A stretch of 64,000 nt of DNA from IMGVR_UViG_3300032242_002041:124001-188000; one strand, 5' to 3'; shown: positions 33,710 to 43,451, counted from the first letter of the stretch. The notes: a model not told the origin generated them from the sequence alone. Numbers and translations are program-made.

Positions 33710-34894
33710 TTAAAATTTTGAAAAGTTATTAATTCCGGTATCTTGATAATCTGCAGGTCCTAGGCAATAAAACGGGCTTAAAAATCCTACAAATCCTACA
33801 GGGTTACCTAATTCATGATTAAAAAACTTGTCATCAATATTATCGACTAGTAATTTAAGTCCGGCCTGCCAGGCTCGATATGCGTCAGTTTCTTTAAAAT
33901 TGGTGTAAAACCAAAAATCCATTTCATTATAAAAACTATTGGTAGGTTTGGCTGTTTGAAATGTGGCCGGATCATAGTCGGGATAGATCAACGGTTTAAC
34001 CATCTGTTCGTAGGCTGTCCTATGAGCAATACTATGGTTGGGCCAACGTACTAGATACTGTAAAAATTTATTCTGCGGCAACATAAACCAATTTTTAATA
34101 ATATGGGCTTGTTTATGCACGATCTCCGGCAGGTCAGGAGTCCAGTAAAAATACTCGTTGGTAATGTTATCGTAATCGCCCATGACCGAATTACTATGGT
34201 TGGCCTGTAGATCCATAAAATACACATACCATTTACCATCTCGAATGCACATTTTGGGTTTATCTATTCCGTACAATACACAGATACGCTTGCCACGGTC
34301 AGCATCACGGCGGTGATCAATATAGCCTACATTGTCGTGTTTGAAAGCATGCCCGGGTTGGAAATAATCCTTGCTTTTAAACACCCAGGTTTCGTCTAGC
34401 TCGCCTTTTAACATGTTTTCTGAATAGTCGTGCATGGTAACTTTTACAGCAGGATGATTAACAGTGATCCAGTTCAACAAGGGCTTTGCAGCAAATTCCC
34501 ATTCGCTTAGTGTGTTTTCGCACTTGGTGTTGTAGGGATCATTGTGTACATTCTTTTCACCGGTTTTAGGATAACGGAATACTACTTCGTCAAGATGTAT
34601 GCCATTGTTAAGAAAACTATAGATAGCTGTGGTACTGTCCCCACCGCCCGATGCTTCTACACGTATCCAGTCGTACTGTTCTCTAAGTTGTTGGGCCCGC
34701 AGGCGATACAATTCTTTAATTGATAACTGCGGTTCAATTTCCCAATTAATTTTATCAAACACATCACGATTAAATTGCCACTCAGGAAAATGCCTGGTCT
34801 TGGTAGACTCAATTAACGCTTCTACTTTACCATAGAATGTTTTGTCACCTACGTGATAGTAACCTAATTTGCGATTGTTTTCTAATTTAAACAT
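33710..34894 (-). CDS. PP-loop enzyme, paralog C
   Basis: VEASGGGDS, LYGIDKP, EYFYWTPDLPEIVHKQ. Confidence 0.75.
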   Translation of the reverse strand: MFKLENNRKLGYYHVGDKTFYGKVEALIESTKTRHFPEWQFNRDVFDKINWEIEPQLSIKELYRLRAQQLREQYDWIRVEASGGGDSTTAIYSFLNNGIHLDEVVFRYPKTGEKNVHNDPYNTKCENTLSEWEFAAKPLLNWITVNHPAVKVTMHDYSENMLKGELDETWVFKSKDYFQPGHAFKHDNVGYIDHRRDADRGKRICVLYGIDKPKMCIRDGKWYVYFMDLQANHSNSVMGDYDNITNEYFYWTPDLPEIVHKQAHIIKNWFMLPQNKFLQYLVRWPNHSIAHRTAYEQMVKPLIYPDYDPATFQTAKPTNSFYNEMDFWFYTNFKETDAYRAWQAGLKLLVDNIDDKFFNHELGNPVGFVGFLSPFYCLGPADYQDTGINNFSKF

Positions 34895-34929
34895 ATTTTA
34901 TATTTGGTGGGCTGAGAAGGAAAGATGCT

Positions 34930-35004
34930 TGGTGGGCCTTGCTGGGAACGATCCAGCGACCAAGGTCTTATGAGGACCCTGCTCTACCACTGAGCTAAAG
35001 GCCC
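34930..35004 (-). tRNA. tRNA-Ile2(CAT) (lysidine type), atypical T-loop ATCGTTC
   Basis: Loop CT-CAT-AA; body resembles enterobacterial ileX (TTGGTCGCTGG...CCAGCA..GCC-ACCA). Confidence 0.8.
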
Positions 35005-35046
35005 ACAAAACACCCTTGTCTGATTTGCTTTATTTCAGCTTCTTTA

Positions 35047-35075
35047 ATTATACGGAGTTTCTTAGGAAATGTCAA
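35047..35075 (-). promoter_or_regulatory. Sigma70-type promoter
   Basis: TTGACA-17-TATAAT. Confidence 0.9.
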
Positions 35076-35123
35076 CCATTTAGCCCGGTCTCGATCGGTT
35101 TCGTCTGCTTTAACCAGAAAACA

Positions 35124-35495
35124 CTAAGGCTCGTAGTTGTCAAGAAACTGTTGTAAATTACCGTAAAGATTGACCATTACCGCTTCCCGACTACCAAAAA
35201 ATACAATCTTTTTAGGCACACCCTTGACTGCATGAATATAGTAAGGCATTTGCATTTTACGATCTAACTTTAAAATAGTTGTTTGATTAAACAGTAACGG
35301 ATTATCAATAGCGTACGAGTAATGTTCTAGTGCTAGGTCGTCTACAAATACCTGATATCCAAGTCCAGTTAATCTCATGCCACCGTCACGGCGAATATTA
35401 AACCACCAAGCTGGCAAGGCCGACGCCCCACTGATACGTTGCTCGTCAGGTAGTAATGCTATTAATTCTTCTGTAAGTTTCTTTTTATCGCGCAC
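35124..35495 (-). CDS. Hypothetical phage protein
   Basis: ORF track; operon packing. Confidence 0.75.
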   Translation of the reverse strand: MRDKKKLTEELIALLPDEQRISGASALPAWWFNIRRDGGMRLTGLGYQVFVDDLALEHYSYAIDNPLLFNQTTILKLDRKMQMPYYIHAVKGVPKKIVFFGSREAVMVNLYGNLQQFLDNYEP

Positions 35496-35496
35496 A

Positions 35497-35784
35497 TTAA
35501 GGATAAATTTGATCGCCTGACTTTAATAGAACCACCGTAAATTTATCAGTTTTAAATTGCGTGTTGAGTTTACGGGCTAAATTTTTAGCATGTCCGGGAT
35601 TACTAAATGAAACCTTTTTATACTTGGGTCCAGGGTACTGAACCAGTATATTTGAGGTTTTAAGATTGATGGGCTTGGTATCATAGAATACAGCCCATAC
35701 ACCTTCGCTGGCCAATACTTGCTCAGTCTTGTAAGTGGCCTTGTTGGTGTGCTCAATTAACACGTTGGGTTTTGGTCTTGACAT
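35497..35784 (-). CDS. Hypothetical phage protein (MSRPKPNVL...)
   Basis: ORF track; TAAATA at 35790-35795. Confidence 0.8.
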   Translation of the reverse strand: MSRPKPNVLIEHTNKATYKTEQVLASEGVWAVFYDTKPINLKTSNILVQYPGPKYKKVSFSNPGHAKNLARKLNTQFKTDKFTVVLLKSGDQIYP

Positions 35785-35833
35785 AAAGTTATTTATGCCA
35801 AAATATAGGTATATTTAGAATGTTTTACACAGG

Positions 35834-36049
35834 TTAAAACTGTCCGCCACTCATGTGTACTGTAATTACTTCTTCTTCTTTTTGAGAAATTTTAGCTGTT
35901 TGCTCACGTAGATCATGCAGTTCTAACAATAATCTAGTGATATCGGCATGTAGATCTTTGGCATCGGTCATGGTCATAACAAAATCTCTGGCTCCGCGAG
36001 CTTCGTGCCCACGCACACGATCAACAAACTTAGTGAGATGTATGGTCAT
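35834..36049 (-). CDS. Hypothetical protein
   Basis: Internal ATG MTIHLTKFVDRV. Confidence 0.7.
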   Translation of the reverse strand: MTIHLTKFVDRVRGHEARGARDFVMTMTDAKDLHADITRLLLELHDLREQTAKISQKEEEVITVHMSGGQF

Positions 36050-36485
36050 GGGCTTCTTGTTCGGAATAGAATGGACCTTGATATGGATATCGTTGTAGCA
36101 CAATCAGCTTTGGTGCTTGCACTGTGCGCCAGTGGCGACCTTTTTTAACATTATACCAACCTGCGGCAAGCCACGACTTACTTTTATTTGTTTTGGTATA
36201 AACAGGTAACTGTTGCGGAACGTCCCACATGGGATTATATATACGACCGGTGACAGGATAGCCGTGTACATGATTTACAGTTACACTTGGTTTGGCTTTT
36301 TTAACTGGCGTCTCAAACTCAATATTAACTTGCCGAGCAACCATTTTTATAGTTTTAAATTGTGCTATTTGGTTATTGATTTTAACTTGATAACCACCGT
36401 CGCAAGCTTCGATGTTGCCAATTTTTTGGTTGTCTTTTTGCAAGATCCAAAACTGTTTGTCGATTACGGGTTTTGCTATAATCAT
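36030..36485 (-). CDS. Hypothetical protein
   Basis: MIIAKPVIDKQFWIL...; coupled overlap. Confidence 0.75.
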   Translation of the reverse strand: MIIAKPVIDKQFWILQKDNQKIGNIEACDGGYQVKINNQIAQFKTIKMVARQVNIEFETPVKKAKPSVTVNHVHGYPVTGRIYNPMWDVPQQLPVYTKTNKSKSWLAAGWYNVKKGRHWRTVQAPKLIVLQRYPYQGPFYSEQEAHDHTSH

Positions 36486-36676
36486 TTGTTTAACTCCTTT
36501 TTTCTGCATTCTTCTTGCACCTTAACTGGTATGTCTGGGTGCCATCCGCCCATTAGTTGGCGGCAATCATACGTTACAACAACTACCTCACCTTTACTAG
36601 TTGGCCAAAAAGCTAACACTAGCACTACAAGTATAATACCAAATGTTGTAGTCGTCCAGAATAGATCCTTAGCCAT
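36482..36676 (-). CDS. Small membrane-anchored protein
   Basis: TFGIILVVLVLAFWP hydrophobic segment; two Cys. Confidence 0.65.
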   Translation of the reverse strand: MAKDLFWTTTTFGIILVVLVLAFWPTSKGEVVVVTYDCRQLMGGWHPDIPVKVQEECRKKELNK

Positions 36677-37670
36677 TGAGCACTCCTTTGTAGGTTTCAT
36701 TCATCCAACGACCAAAACTATCTGCCGACTCACTGCACTTGTTCAATTCGTACTTGCCACAAAATTGCATAAAACGCACACCCACTTGCCCAATGTCCTT
36801 GTGACTAATCTGTTCACGAATACATTGATCAACTACAGCCTTAACTTCTTCGGGCTGTGCTGTAAGATCAATTAATGTACGATTACGTTCATAATCGTCT
36901 AGCACACGATGTTCTACACCGTCTGGATCAGTCCAGCGTTGTAACATCATGTTGTTCCATGAGTAGCCTTGTTTCGCACGATCCTCAAACGCCTCCGTAA
37001 GGCCAACCTTGTTCTTAGTGCCCTTAGTGCGGACACCCGGGTAAGCCGAGAACACGTTATCCGACGAATCGCCGCGCATACACTTCTCGAAGAGTAACCA
37101 TTCTGGGTTAGGAATTTGCTTAGGTTCTTTAGTTTTCTTATCGATGACTGCTTTTCCTTTAGCATCAAAGATTCCTTCTATTGTAATTAATTCGTCTGTG
37201 ATACCGTTGTACTGTTTGACATTTTGTGCTACTAATTGAACAAAGTCAGTATCACTGCTGATAATAACGTGTTCGTCTTGGGGGTGTAATGCAATCCAGC
37301 GAGCAATGATATCGTCGCCTTCTGCTGTAGGACATCTAATGACTGAGCAATTAGTCCTTTCAGACAAGTATTTAGTCAAATTATCGTACGTTTCCCAGAA
37401 CATTTTATCTTCTTCTGCTTGCTCTTCGGTTAGAGCCGCACGGGCCACAGCACGGTTATTTTTGTAGGGCTTGTACATGTCCTTGCGCCAACTGCGCCCT
37501 TCTAGAGCAAAGACCACGTGATTTGCTTCGAATCTACGGGCCATTTTGTTGGCTGCCATTAGGGTGATGTGTAGAGCAAATCCAATCTTTTCCCAGGTGT
37601 CGCTGGCACGAAATGCTCCATGCCGGGCTCTAAAGAATAAGTTAGCTGTATCTATAAGGACATATTTCAT
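36669..37670 (-). CDS. rnh: T4 RNase H-like 5'-3' exonuclease / flap endonuclease
   Basis: LIDTAN, EGDDIIA, SSDTDF, GDSSDNV. Confidence 0.9.
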   Translation of the reverse strand: MKYVLIDTANLFFRARHGAFRASDTWEKIGFALHITLMAANKMARRFEANHVVFALEGRSWRKDMYKPYKNNRAVARAALTEEQAEEDKMFWETYDNLTKYLSERTNCSVIRCPTAEGDDIIARWIALHPQDEHVIISSDTDFVQLVAQNVKQYNGITDELITIEGIFDAKGKAVIDKKTKEPKQIPNPEWLLFEKCMRGDSSDNVFSAYPGVRTKGTKNKVGLTEAFEDRAKQGYSWNNMMLQRWTDPDGVEHRVLDDYERNRTLIDLTAQPEEVKAVVDQCIREQISHKDIGQVGVRFMQFCGKYELNKCSESADSFGRWMNETYKGVLNG

Positions 37671-37676
37671 ACTAAC

Positions 37677-37705
37677 AGTATAGCAGAAATCGTGCTAAAG
37701 GTCAA
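37677..37705 (-). promoter_or_regulatory. Sigma70-type promoter
   Basis: TTGACC-17-TATACT. Confidence 0.8.
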
Positions 37706-38406
37706 ATGAATTTGTTAGATATAATATAATCGAGCATAAAACGGTGAAAAGCACTATGCCCGTCTCGACCAAAATGCCAAGAACCGGGCATAACTGTGTC
37801 TATACCTCGTGAGCGAATAATAGCATCATAAGTTTGACCAGGGTCGTATGGTCCAATGTAATTGGTGCCCCAGTTGTGTTGGTTTTTTATTTTTGAAAAG
37901 TCGTTGTTGCCATTAAAAAATATATGACGTATATTTTGGTCAGTCAGTTCCTGATGAAAGGCCCAAATTTCGTCATGTGCCTGTTGGGTTTTTTCCTGCC
38001 AATCAACATCGGCAATAAAATGTTTGTATCGTTCTTGTAACCCCACATGAACGTCGTCTAGTCCACTGGCGCCTATTTGGTAAGTTCTACCATCGTAGGT
38101 CCATTCTTCGCGTTCCCAAGTGCTCCATTGTATGATAATTAACAAATCTGGATGATCTCGCCCAGCACCAGCTAGCCATTCACGTGTGGTTCGTATAATA
38201 CGACTATTACTACTGGCACTCTCAGCATCACATCTAAATGCTGATTTTAGAGTCAGACTTAACAATCGCCCCCAACTGACTGCAAGATTTGCTGGGTGTG
38301 GACTACGTCCTAGATAAAACAAACTAGGATCGTCTTCAGCAAATGCATGTGGATTTACTGCTTCTGCGCCGGCGGTATGGCTGTCACCGTTTACGTATAG
38401 TATCAT
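37702..38406 (-). CDS. SGNH-like hydrolase/acyltransferase
   Basis: YVNGDSH, SSN, HFGRDGH. Confidence 0.7.
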   Translation of the reverse strand: MILYVNGDSHTAGAEAVNPHAFAEDDPSLFYLGRSPHPANLAVSWGRLLSLTLKSAFRCDAESASSNSRIIRTTREWLAGAGRDHPDLLIIIQWSTWEREEWTYDGRTYQIGASGLDDVHVGLQERYKHFIADVDWQEKTQQAHDEIWAFHQELTDQNIRHIFFNGNNDFSKIKNQHNWGTNYIGPYDPGQTYDAIIRSRGIDTVMPGSWHFGRDGHSAFHRFMLDYIISNKFI

Positions 38407-39038
38407 AATAATTTGTTTTCCTGAATATACTTATACAACACATCGGCCCATTGAGCTTGTGCTGTTTCTGGATAGTGATTAAGTTTTGTATGGGTGTAGC
38501 CAGCTTTTTTGAGATACCAATAGTAACTTAAATCATTCTCGTATGGACCTAAAAAATTACCATGCCAATCATACTGTTTTCCGGCATGTAAAAATGGCAT
38601 GACTGCATTAAAAAATAAGTGCCTTACATTGTTTTCTTTATAGTGGCAATGAAGTTTGTAAATATGCTCATGTGTTGATTGACTTTTAAATTCTCTTGTT
38701 GCTTGATTCTGATCTATCACCCAAGTTTTATATTTCTGTGCCAAGTCTGGAGGTAAGCTATCGTGCCCTCCGGCATTGACATCATAATAACTGTTGCCTT
38801 TTTGCCACTCTTCTCTTTCCCAGCTGGTCCATCCAATTATTACAAATATGTCTTTTAAATTTGCCTGTGCAATAAAGTTGCTAGCAGTTCTTAAAATTCT
38901 AGGATTACTACCGCCTTGTTTGGCATTGTTAACTAATCTTAGTCCTAAACGACTGGTTAGTAAACGGGGCCAAGCCTGTGCTGGATCGTCTAGTTCAGCG
39001 CCGGCGCTGTGACTGTCACCGTTGACATACAATATCAT
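38403..39038 (-). CDS. SGNH-like hydrolase/acyltransferase (tandem paralog)
   Basis: YVNGDSH, GGSN, NHY. Confidence 0.7.
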   Translation of the reverse strand: MILYVNGDSHSAGAELDDPAQAWPRLLTSRLGLRLVNNAKQGGSNPRILRTASNFIAQANLKDIFVIIGWTSWEREEWQKGNSYYDVNAGGHDSLPPDLAQKYKTWVIDQNQATREFKSQSTHEHIYKLHCHYKENNVRHLFFNAVMPFLHAGKQYDWHGNFLGPYENDLSYYWYLKKAGYTHTKLNHYPETAQAQWADVLYKYIQENKLL

Positions 39039-39421
39039 GATACTTCAGATCTGCCGTCCCCAATGTCGCGAGTTTTAACCACACGATCTCGTTCTGGATT
39101 CATAGCTTCGTATTGTTCGTAGGTTTCTAAAACCACGTTACGACATACAGCAGTAAACCAACGATCTACTATGTCGGCATCACTATCTTTGGGATCCATT
39201 TGATATCCGGCACGAACCAAATTGGCTACAAATTTATCATTCCAATCTAGTTCAAATGCACCGTTTTGCATGTTCTCTGGATCTACTTCCATACTAAGAA
39301 TATTAACATAAGGCTCGCCCTTTTCGGTAGCAATTTCTTTTTCAGTCTTTGCTACTTTTTTTGGCTTGGGTTCGGCCTTGACTTCCGGCGCCTTCTTTTT
39401 GAATCGATCAAATATGCCCAT
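39035..39421 (-). CDS. Hypothetical phage protein
   Basis: ORF track. Confidence 0.75.
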   Translation of the reverse strand: MGIFDRFKKKAPEVKAEPKPKKVAKTEKEIATEKGEPYVNILSMEVDPENMQNGAFELDWNDKFVANLVRAGYQMDPKDSDADIVDRWFTAVCRNVVLETYEQYEAMNPERDRVVKTRDIGDGRSEVS

Positions 39422-39429
39422 TGGGTCCT

Positions 39430-40665
39430 TTAGAGTCTTGTGTTACCGTAGTGAATCACACGGTAGTTGTCAGTGGATGTTAATTTACGCCACGGATCAA
39501 CAATAATACTTCCTGGTAGTATTGGGCAATATGGTTGTGTATCTAATTGATCACCTGTGTATTCGTAAGTGATTTTACGATTGTGTGCCCATAAAAACAC
39601 TGCTGGGTAATCTACTGTGTCTACTACTTCGTCTTTATTGTCAGCAAGTGGATCAACATACGCAACAGGCAAGCCCGCTTCTTTGACATAGAAACCAACA
39701 AGAGTTGAATAACTACCGATACAGTATTCAACATCTGGCTTGTAGGCCTTGCCATGGATAACAACGGGCAACCCAGACTTCTTGGCTTCTTCAACCAAAA
39801 ACAAGGCCAAGTTTTTTGCTTGAATTTCTCTAGCATGCATAACAGTATCAAACAAGTCATAGCCTACTTGGTATTCTTCAGCTAACCAACGTAGAGCAAT
39901 ATTATCACGTGGATGGCAAGCACCGGCATCACCCATACCAGCTGTCATATACTTAGGACCCATGATACGCATTGTACTCTTAGCCAGCGCATCTGTAACA
40001 ACATCAACGTTGATGTTGCCAATTTTCAAAGCAAAGTCTTGAATCATATTTACTAGACCAACCTTGGCACTGATAAATGTGTTATAGAAAATCTTAATAG
40101 CTTCGCACTCGTCCCATGTGCCAACTTCGTAGCGTGGATTGTTCTGCATAATGGTGTCGTACAATGCTCTAAGTTCGCCTGCAACACCTGTCAAGCTACC
40201 GTCCTCGGTGCCCAACATAATCATCTCTGGATTGACCATGTCCCACTTGACACTGCCCATGGCGATCAAATAAGGATTGTAAACAAATTCGTGTTTGGAA
40301 TCTAACAGGGGAATAAACTTCTTGCGAGTAGTTCCGGGCAATACTGTACTAATTAACACTACTTTTTTAGGAGTTGTAGCATACTGATTTACATTATTGA
40401 TAGCATCAATAACGGCATCATGTCCAAAGTCTCGAGGAGTCATATGACTTGATGGAACTGACCCATCATATCCTTCGGTGTGCGGAGTAGGAACAGCAAT
40501 AAAAATCCACTCGCTTTCGTTAACAAGTTCTTCGATACTGCATACTTTTACACTATCGCTAGTGCGTGGATAGATATCAAAACCGCGTACTTCGTGCTTT
40601 TCAGCAAATACTTCTGCACAATCTAATCCTAATTTTCCAATTCCTATGAAGCCAATCTTAGCCAT
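39430..40665 (-). CDS. ugd: UDP-glucose/GDP-mannose 6-dehydrogenase
   Basis: GIGKLG Rossmann, IAVPTP, STVLPG, YNP, EAIK, GACHPRD, GKAYK. Confidence 0.9.
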   Translation of the reverse strand: MAKIGFIGIGKLGLDCAEVFAEKHEVRGFDIYPRTSDSVKVCSIEELVNESEWIFIAVPTPHTEGYDGSVPSSHMTPRDFGHDAVIDAINNVNQYATTPKKVVLISTVLPGTTRKKFIPLLDSKHEFVYNPYLIAMGSVKWDMVNPEMIMLGTEDGSLTGVAGELRALYDTIMQNNPRYEVGTWDECEAIKIFYNTFISAKVGLVNMIQDFALKIGNINVDVVTDALAKSTMRIMGPKYMTAGMGDAGACHPRDNIALRWLAEEYQVGYDLFDTVMHAREIQAKNLALFLVEEAKKSGLPVVIHGKAYKPDVEYCIGSYSTLVGFYVKEAGLPVAYVDPLADNKDEVVDTVDYPAVFLWAHNRKITYEYTGDQLDTQPYCPILPGSIIVDPWRKLTSTDNYRVIHYGNTRL

Positions 40666-40721
40666 GAGTTTCCTTTAATATTGAATGCTACAGACTAATT
40701 TATCTGGGTTTGGGCAGGGTG

Positions 40722-41471
40722 TCAAGATTTTTTAAACACTGGAATAGGATTCATTTTGTGTAGACTGCGAGCACGTATCTCTTGATATTTTTGTAGGCGT
40801 TCAAGTTCCAAGCTATTTTTTACTAAAATAGTGCCTTCGTCTTGTTGCATGGCAAGTTCCAAATCAACATAAGTCATTCCGCCTAGTTGATCTTCGTCTG
40901 TACGTCCATCATCCCATAAACCGTCTGTAGGAGGAGCATCAATGATGTCTTTGAGTACACCTAGTTCACGACCCATTTGCCATACTTCTGTTTTGTAGCA
41001 ATCAGCAATAGGACTGATATCCACACCGCCATCACCGTATTTGGTATAAAAACCTACACCAAAGTCTTCTACTTTGTTACCTGTACCTACCACAATACCC
41101 GAAACACTTTGAGCAATTTGATAAAGTGTAACCATACGCAAGCGACTGCGACTGTTGGCAAATCCTAACAAGTTGTTGTAGGTGGCCAAGCGGCCTTCAA
41201 ACTCATCAAAGACAGTGGTTAAGTCAATGATCTCGTGACGCACATTGTCAAAGCGTTCAGCAAGCCAGGCACCTTGGCGCATACTAAGATCGTGTAGTTC
41301 TGGACGCTGACGAATAGGCATGGTTACTGCCACAGTATTCAACCCAGTGCGAGCGCAGAGTGCGCTGACTACAGCACTGTCAATGCCGCCACTAATGCCA
41401 ACTACCAATGATTTTATATTGGCTTGTTGAGCATAGTTCTTAATCCAGGCTGTAATTTGATCTTGTAACAT
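40722..41471 (-). CDS. nadE: NH3-dependent NAD+ synthetase
   Basis: GISGGIDS, RSRLRM, GTGN, FYTKYGDG, PTDGL, TDEDQLG. Confidence 0.92.
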   Translation of the reverse strand: MLQDQITAWIKNYAQQANIKSLVVGISGGIDSAVVSALCARTGLNTVAVTMPIRQRPELHDLSMRQGAWLAERFDNVRHEIIDLTTVFDEFEGRLATYNNLLGFANSRSRLRMVTLYQIAQSVSGIVVGTGNKVEDFGVGFYTKYGDGGVDISPIADCYKTEVWQMGRELGVLKDIIDAPPTDGLWDDGRTDEDQLGGMTYVDLELAMQQDEGTILVKNSLELERLQKYQEIRARSLHKMNPIPVFKKS

Positions 41472-41475
41472 TATT

Positions 41476-41739
41476 TTAATATCCTTTTAATTTTAATACC
41501 AACATTTCTTTTGTACTGTACCAACGAGTCCATATCGCACGATCACCAGGACCAGAAATAATATACTGAGCACGATAGGCTAGAGTAAGCCATAACCACC
41601 GACCACTGGCATGGCAACGTCTTGGCCATAGCGACCATTTTAAATCAGTACAGGCCCGTTTTAAAAATCGTTCTTCGCTATAATGATCTGGCATACTGAG
41701 ATCCGGAATTGGCATACTATAACTAAATCCTGGCCACAT
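41476..41739 (-). CDS. Hypothetical protein
   Basis: ORF track. Confidence 0.65.
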   Translation of the reverse strand: MWPGFSYSMPIPDLSMPDHYSEERFLKRACTDLKWSLWPRRCHASGRWLWLTLAYRAQYIISGPGDRAIWTRWYSTKEMLVLKLKGY

Positions 41740-42077
41740 TATGTAATATTATGTTCCCAAAATTGAACCTTCAACCGAGTTTCAGGATCAAGTGTTGCCG
41801 GATCCTTTGCTTGCATTAATTCAACCCATTTCATGTAAGCCTTCCTGCCATCGCCTTGTGCTTTGGCACGCCGCCCACATTCTTCACACACGTGAAATGC
41901 CTGAACTAAAATTTTTCCATCTTTTTTAGGATAGACTTCAAAATCTTCTTTAGTAAATTTATCCACACACCCATTAAATGTGCAAACCACTTCCATGGTC
42001 ACTGGGTCTAAAAAAGCTACATCAACTTTCTTTTTTGACATTTTTTTAATCATTACTTGCCCCAACCATTGCCCCAC
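41739..42077 (-). CDS. Hypothetical protein
   Basis: ORF track; CEEC; exact start uncertain. Confidence 0.6.
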   Translation of the reverse strand: MGQWLGQVMIKKMSKKKVDVAFLDPVTMEVVCTFNGCVDKFTKEDFEVYPKKDGKILVQAFHVCEECGRRAKAQGDGRKAYMKWVELMQAKDPATLDPETRLKVQFWEHNIT

Positions 42078-42919
42078 AAGTCTACATGTAAACGTGGACT
42101 ATAATTAAATCCACGTTCACAGCAAATATTGGCAATGTTTAGTTTATTTGATTCATACGGATCTACAACACCGCCTTGTGGCATTAGATAGACAACACCT
42201 GTAAATCCACCTGCACGAAAAGCATCAACGGCCCGAACAGCTTCATTGACATGATCTTCAGTTTCAACAACAAACTTAAGATATACGTGTCCGTATGTTT
42301 GATATTCGGCAACAATATCAGGACAAATGGCATCTTCCCAACGTTCGCCACTGGCACTTAGTTTAGCACTGACACTAAAGGTAACTTCTTTGTCTTCACA
42401 ACCATAGGTCCAAAAATTGTCAACCAAAAACTTTTTAAAATCTTCAGATAATGCTTGGGTGCCATTGGTTTCAAATGTAAGATTTTTTAAATCTGCCATA
42501 CGAGGATGACTCAACAATTCACCATAAGCACGTTGCCAACCTAGCAACGGCTCTCCACCTGTAATAACCAAGTGTACATCATTGCCGTTGTTCTGTGCCC
42601 ACTGACGATTGGGAGTTAGATCTGTCATATGTGTTACAAGTTCTTCTGTAGTGTAACTAGGCGATAAATGCTTAAATGCAGGATGCCACGACGCATAGCT
42701 GTCACATCCTGTTTCTACCAAGGGCAAGTCCAAAAAGTTATTGTACATATGGACAACTTCGGCTACATCGTCGGCACCTGTGCTCTTCTCACCTGGCTTA
42801 CAACCAAACCCACTACAGGTAAAGTTACAGCCATAAGTGCGTAAGAACACACTAGGCACACCAACAAAGCGTCCTTCGCCTTGTAAACTATAAAATATTT
42901 CGCTTACTTTTATTTTCAT
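42053..42919 (-). CDS. queE: 7-carboxy-7-deazaguanine synthase (radical SAM)
   Basis: SEIFYSLQGEG, FLRTYGCNFTCSGFGC, ITGGEP, ETNG, PRLHVDLW. Confidence 0.9.
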   Translation of the reverse strand: MKIKVSEIFYSLQGEGRFVGVPSVFLRTYGCNFTCSGFGCKPGEKSTGADDVAEVVHMYNNFLDLPLVETGCDSYASWHPAFKHLSPSYTTEELVTHMTDLTPNRQWAQNNGNDVHLVITGGEPLLGWQRAYGELLSHPRMADLKNLTFETNGTQALSEDFKKFLVDNFWTYGCEDKEVTFSVSAKLSASGERWEDAICPDIVAEYQTYGHVYLKFVVETEDHVNEAVRAVDAFRAGGFTGVVYLMPQGGVVDPYESNKLNIANICCERGFNYSPRLHVDLWGNGWGK

Positions 42920-43413
42920 TTCCACCAATCTTCCCAAGGAAAAACAATCCACACGTCTTCTTCAGCCTTATTTAGGTCAACGGCTGAGTAGCTAACATTT
43001 AATTCACTAGTACTCGCTTCATTATCTACTAACACAGCAACACGAACAGTATCGCCCCAGATCTCTTGCCACTTTGGATTGTCCGGTAAACTACTACTCA
43101 TCCAATCTTCTCGGATCCAATTTAGTGTAGCACCCGAGTCGTTAATATCGTCCACAATAAGAATACGCCGTTGTTCAAAGGCATCTTCACTCATCCATAG
43201 GTTCGATTCGGGTTGGCTAGTATCATCACGCAAACTAACCTTAAGACATTCCATTGGACATTCTAAGTACTGACTAATTAGATTAGCTGGCACTAGTCCG
43301 CCACGAGTAAGTCCAACTACATAATCAGGCCGCCATGGATCCAGTGCCATTTGACGTAGGATTTCTTGTGTTTGTGCTTCGACATCTTGCCAGGTATAAT
43401 ATACTTTTTTCAT
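42916..43413 (-). CDS. Purine phosphoribosyltransferase (type I PRTase)
   Basis: GLTRGG, ILIVDDINDSGAT, WIVFPWE. Confidence 0.88.
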   Translation of the reverse strand: MKKVYYTWQDVEAQTQEILRQMALDPWRPDYVVGLTRGGLVPANLISQYLECPMECLKVSLRDDTSQPESNLWMSEDAFEQRRILIVDDINDSGATLNWIREDWMSSSLPDNPKWQEIWGDTVRVAVLVDNEASTSELNVSYSAVDLNKAEEDVWIVFPWEDWWK

Positions 43414-43419
43414 GTTACA

Positions 43420-43448
43420 ATTATACAATACTTGCCAACACTTGTCAA
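43420..43448 (-). promoter_or_regulatory. Sigma70-type promoter
   Basis: TTGACA-17-TATAAT. Confidence 0.9.
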
Positions 43449-43451
43449 GAA

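Noticed and set aside
36213-36875. 220-aa + strand ORF
   Set aside because: Antisense to three well-packed - strand genes.
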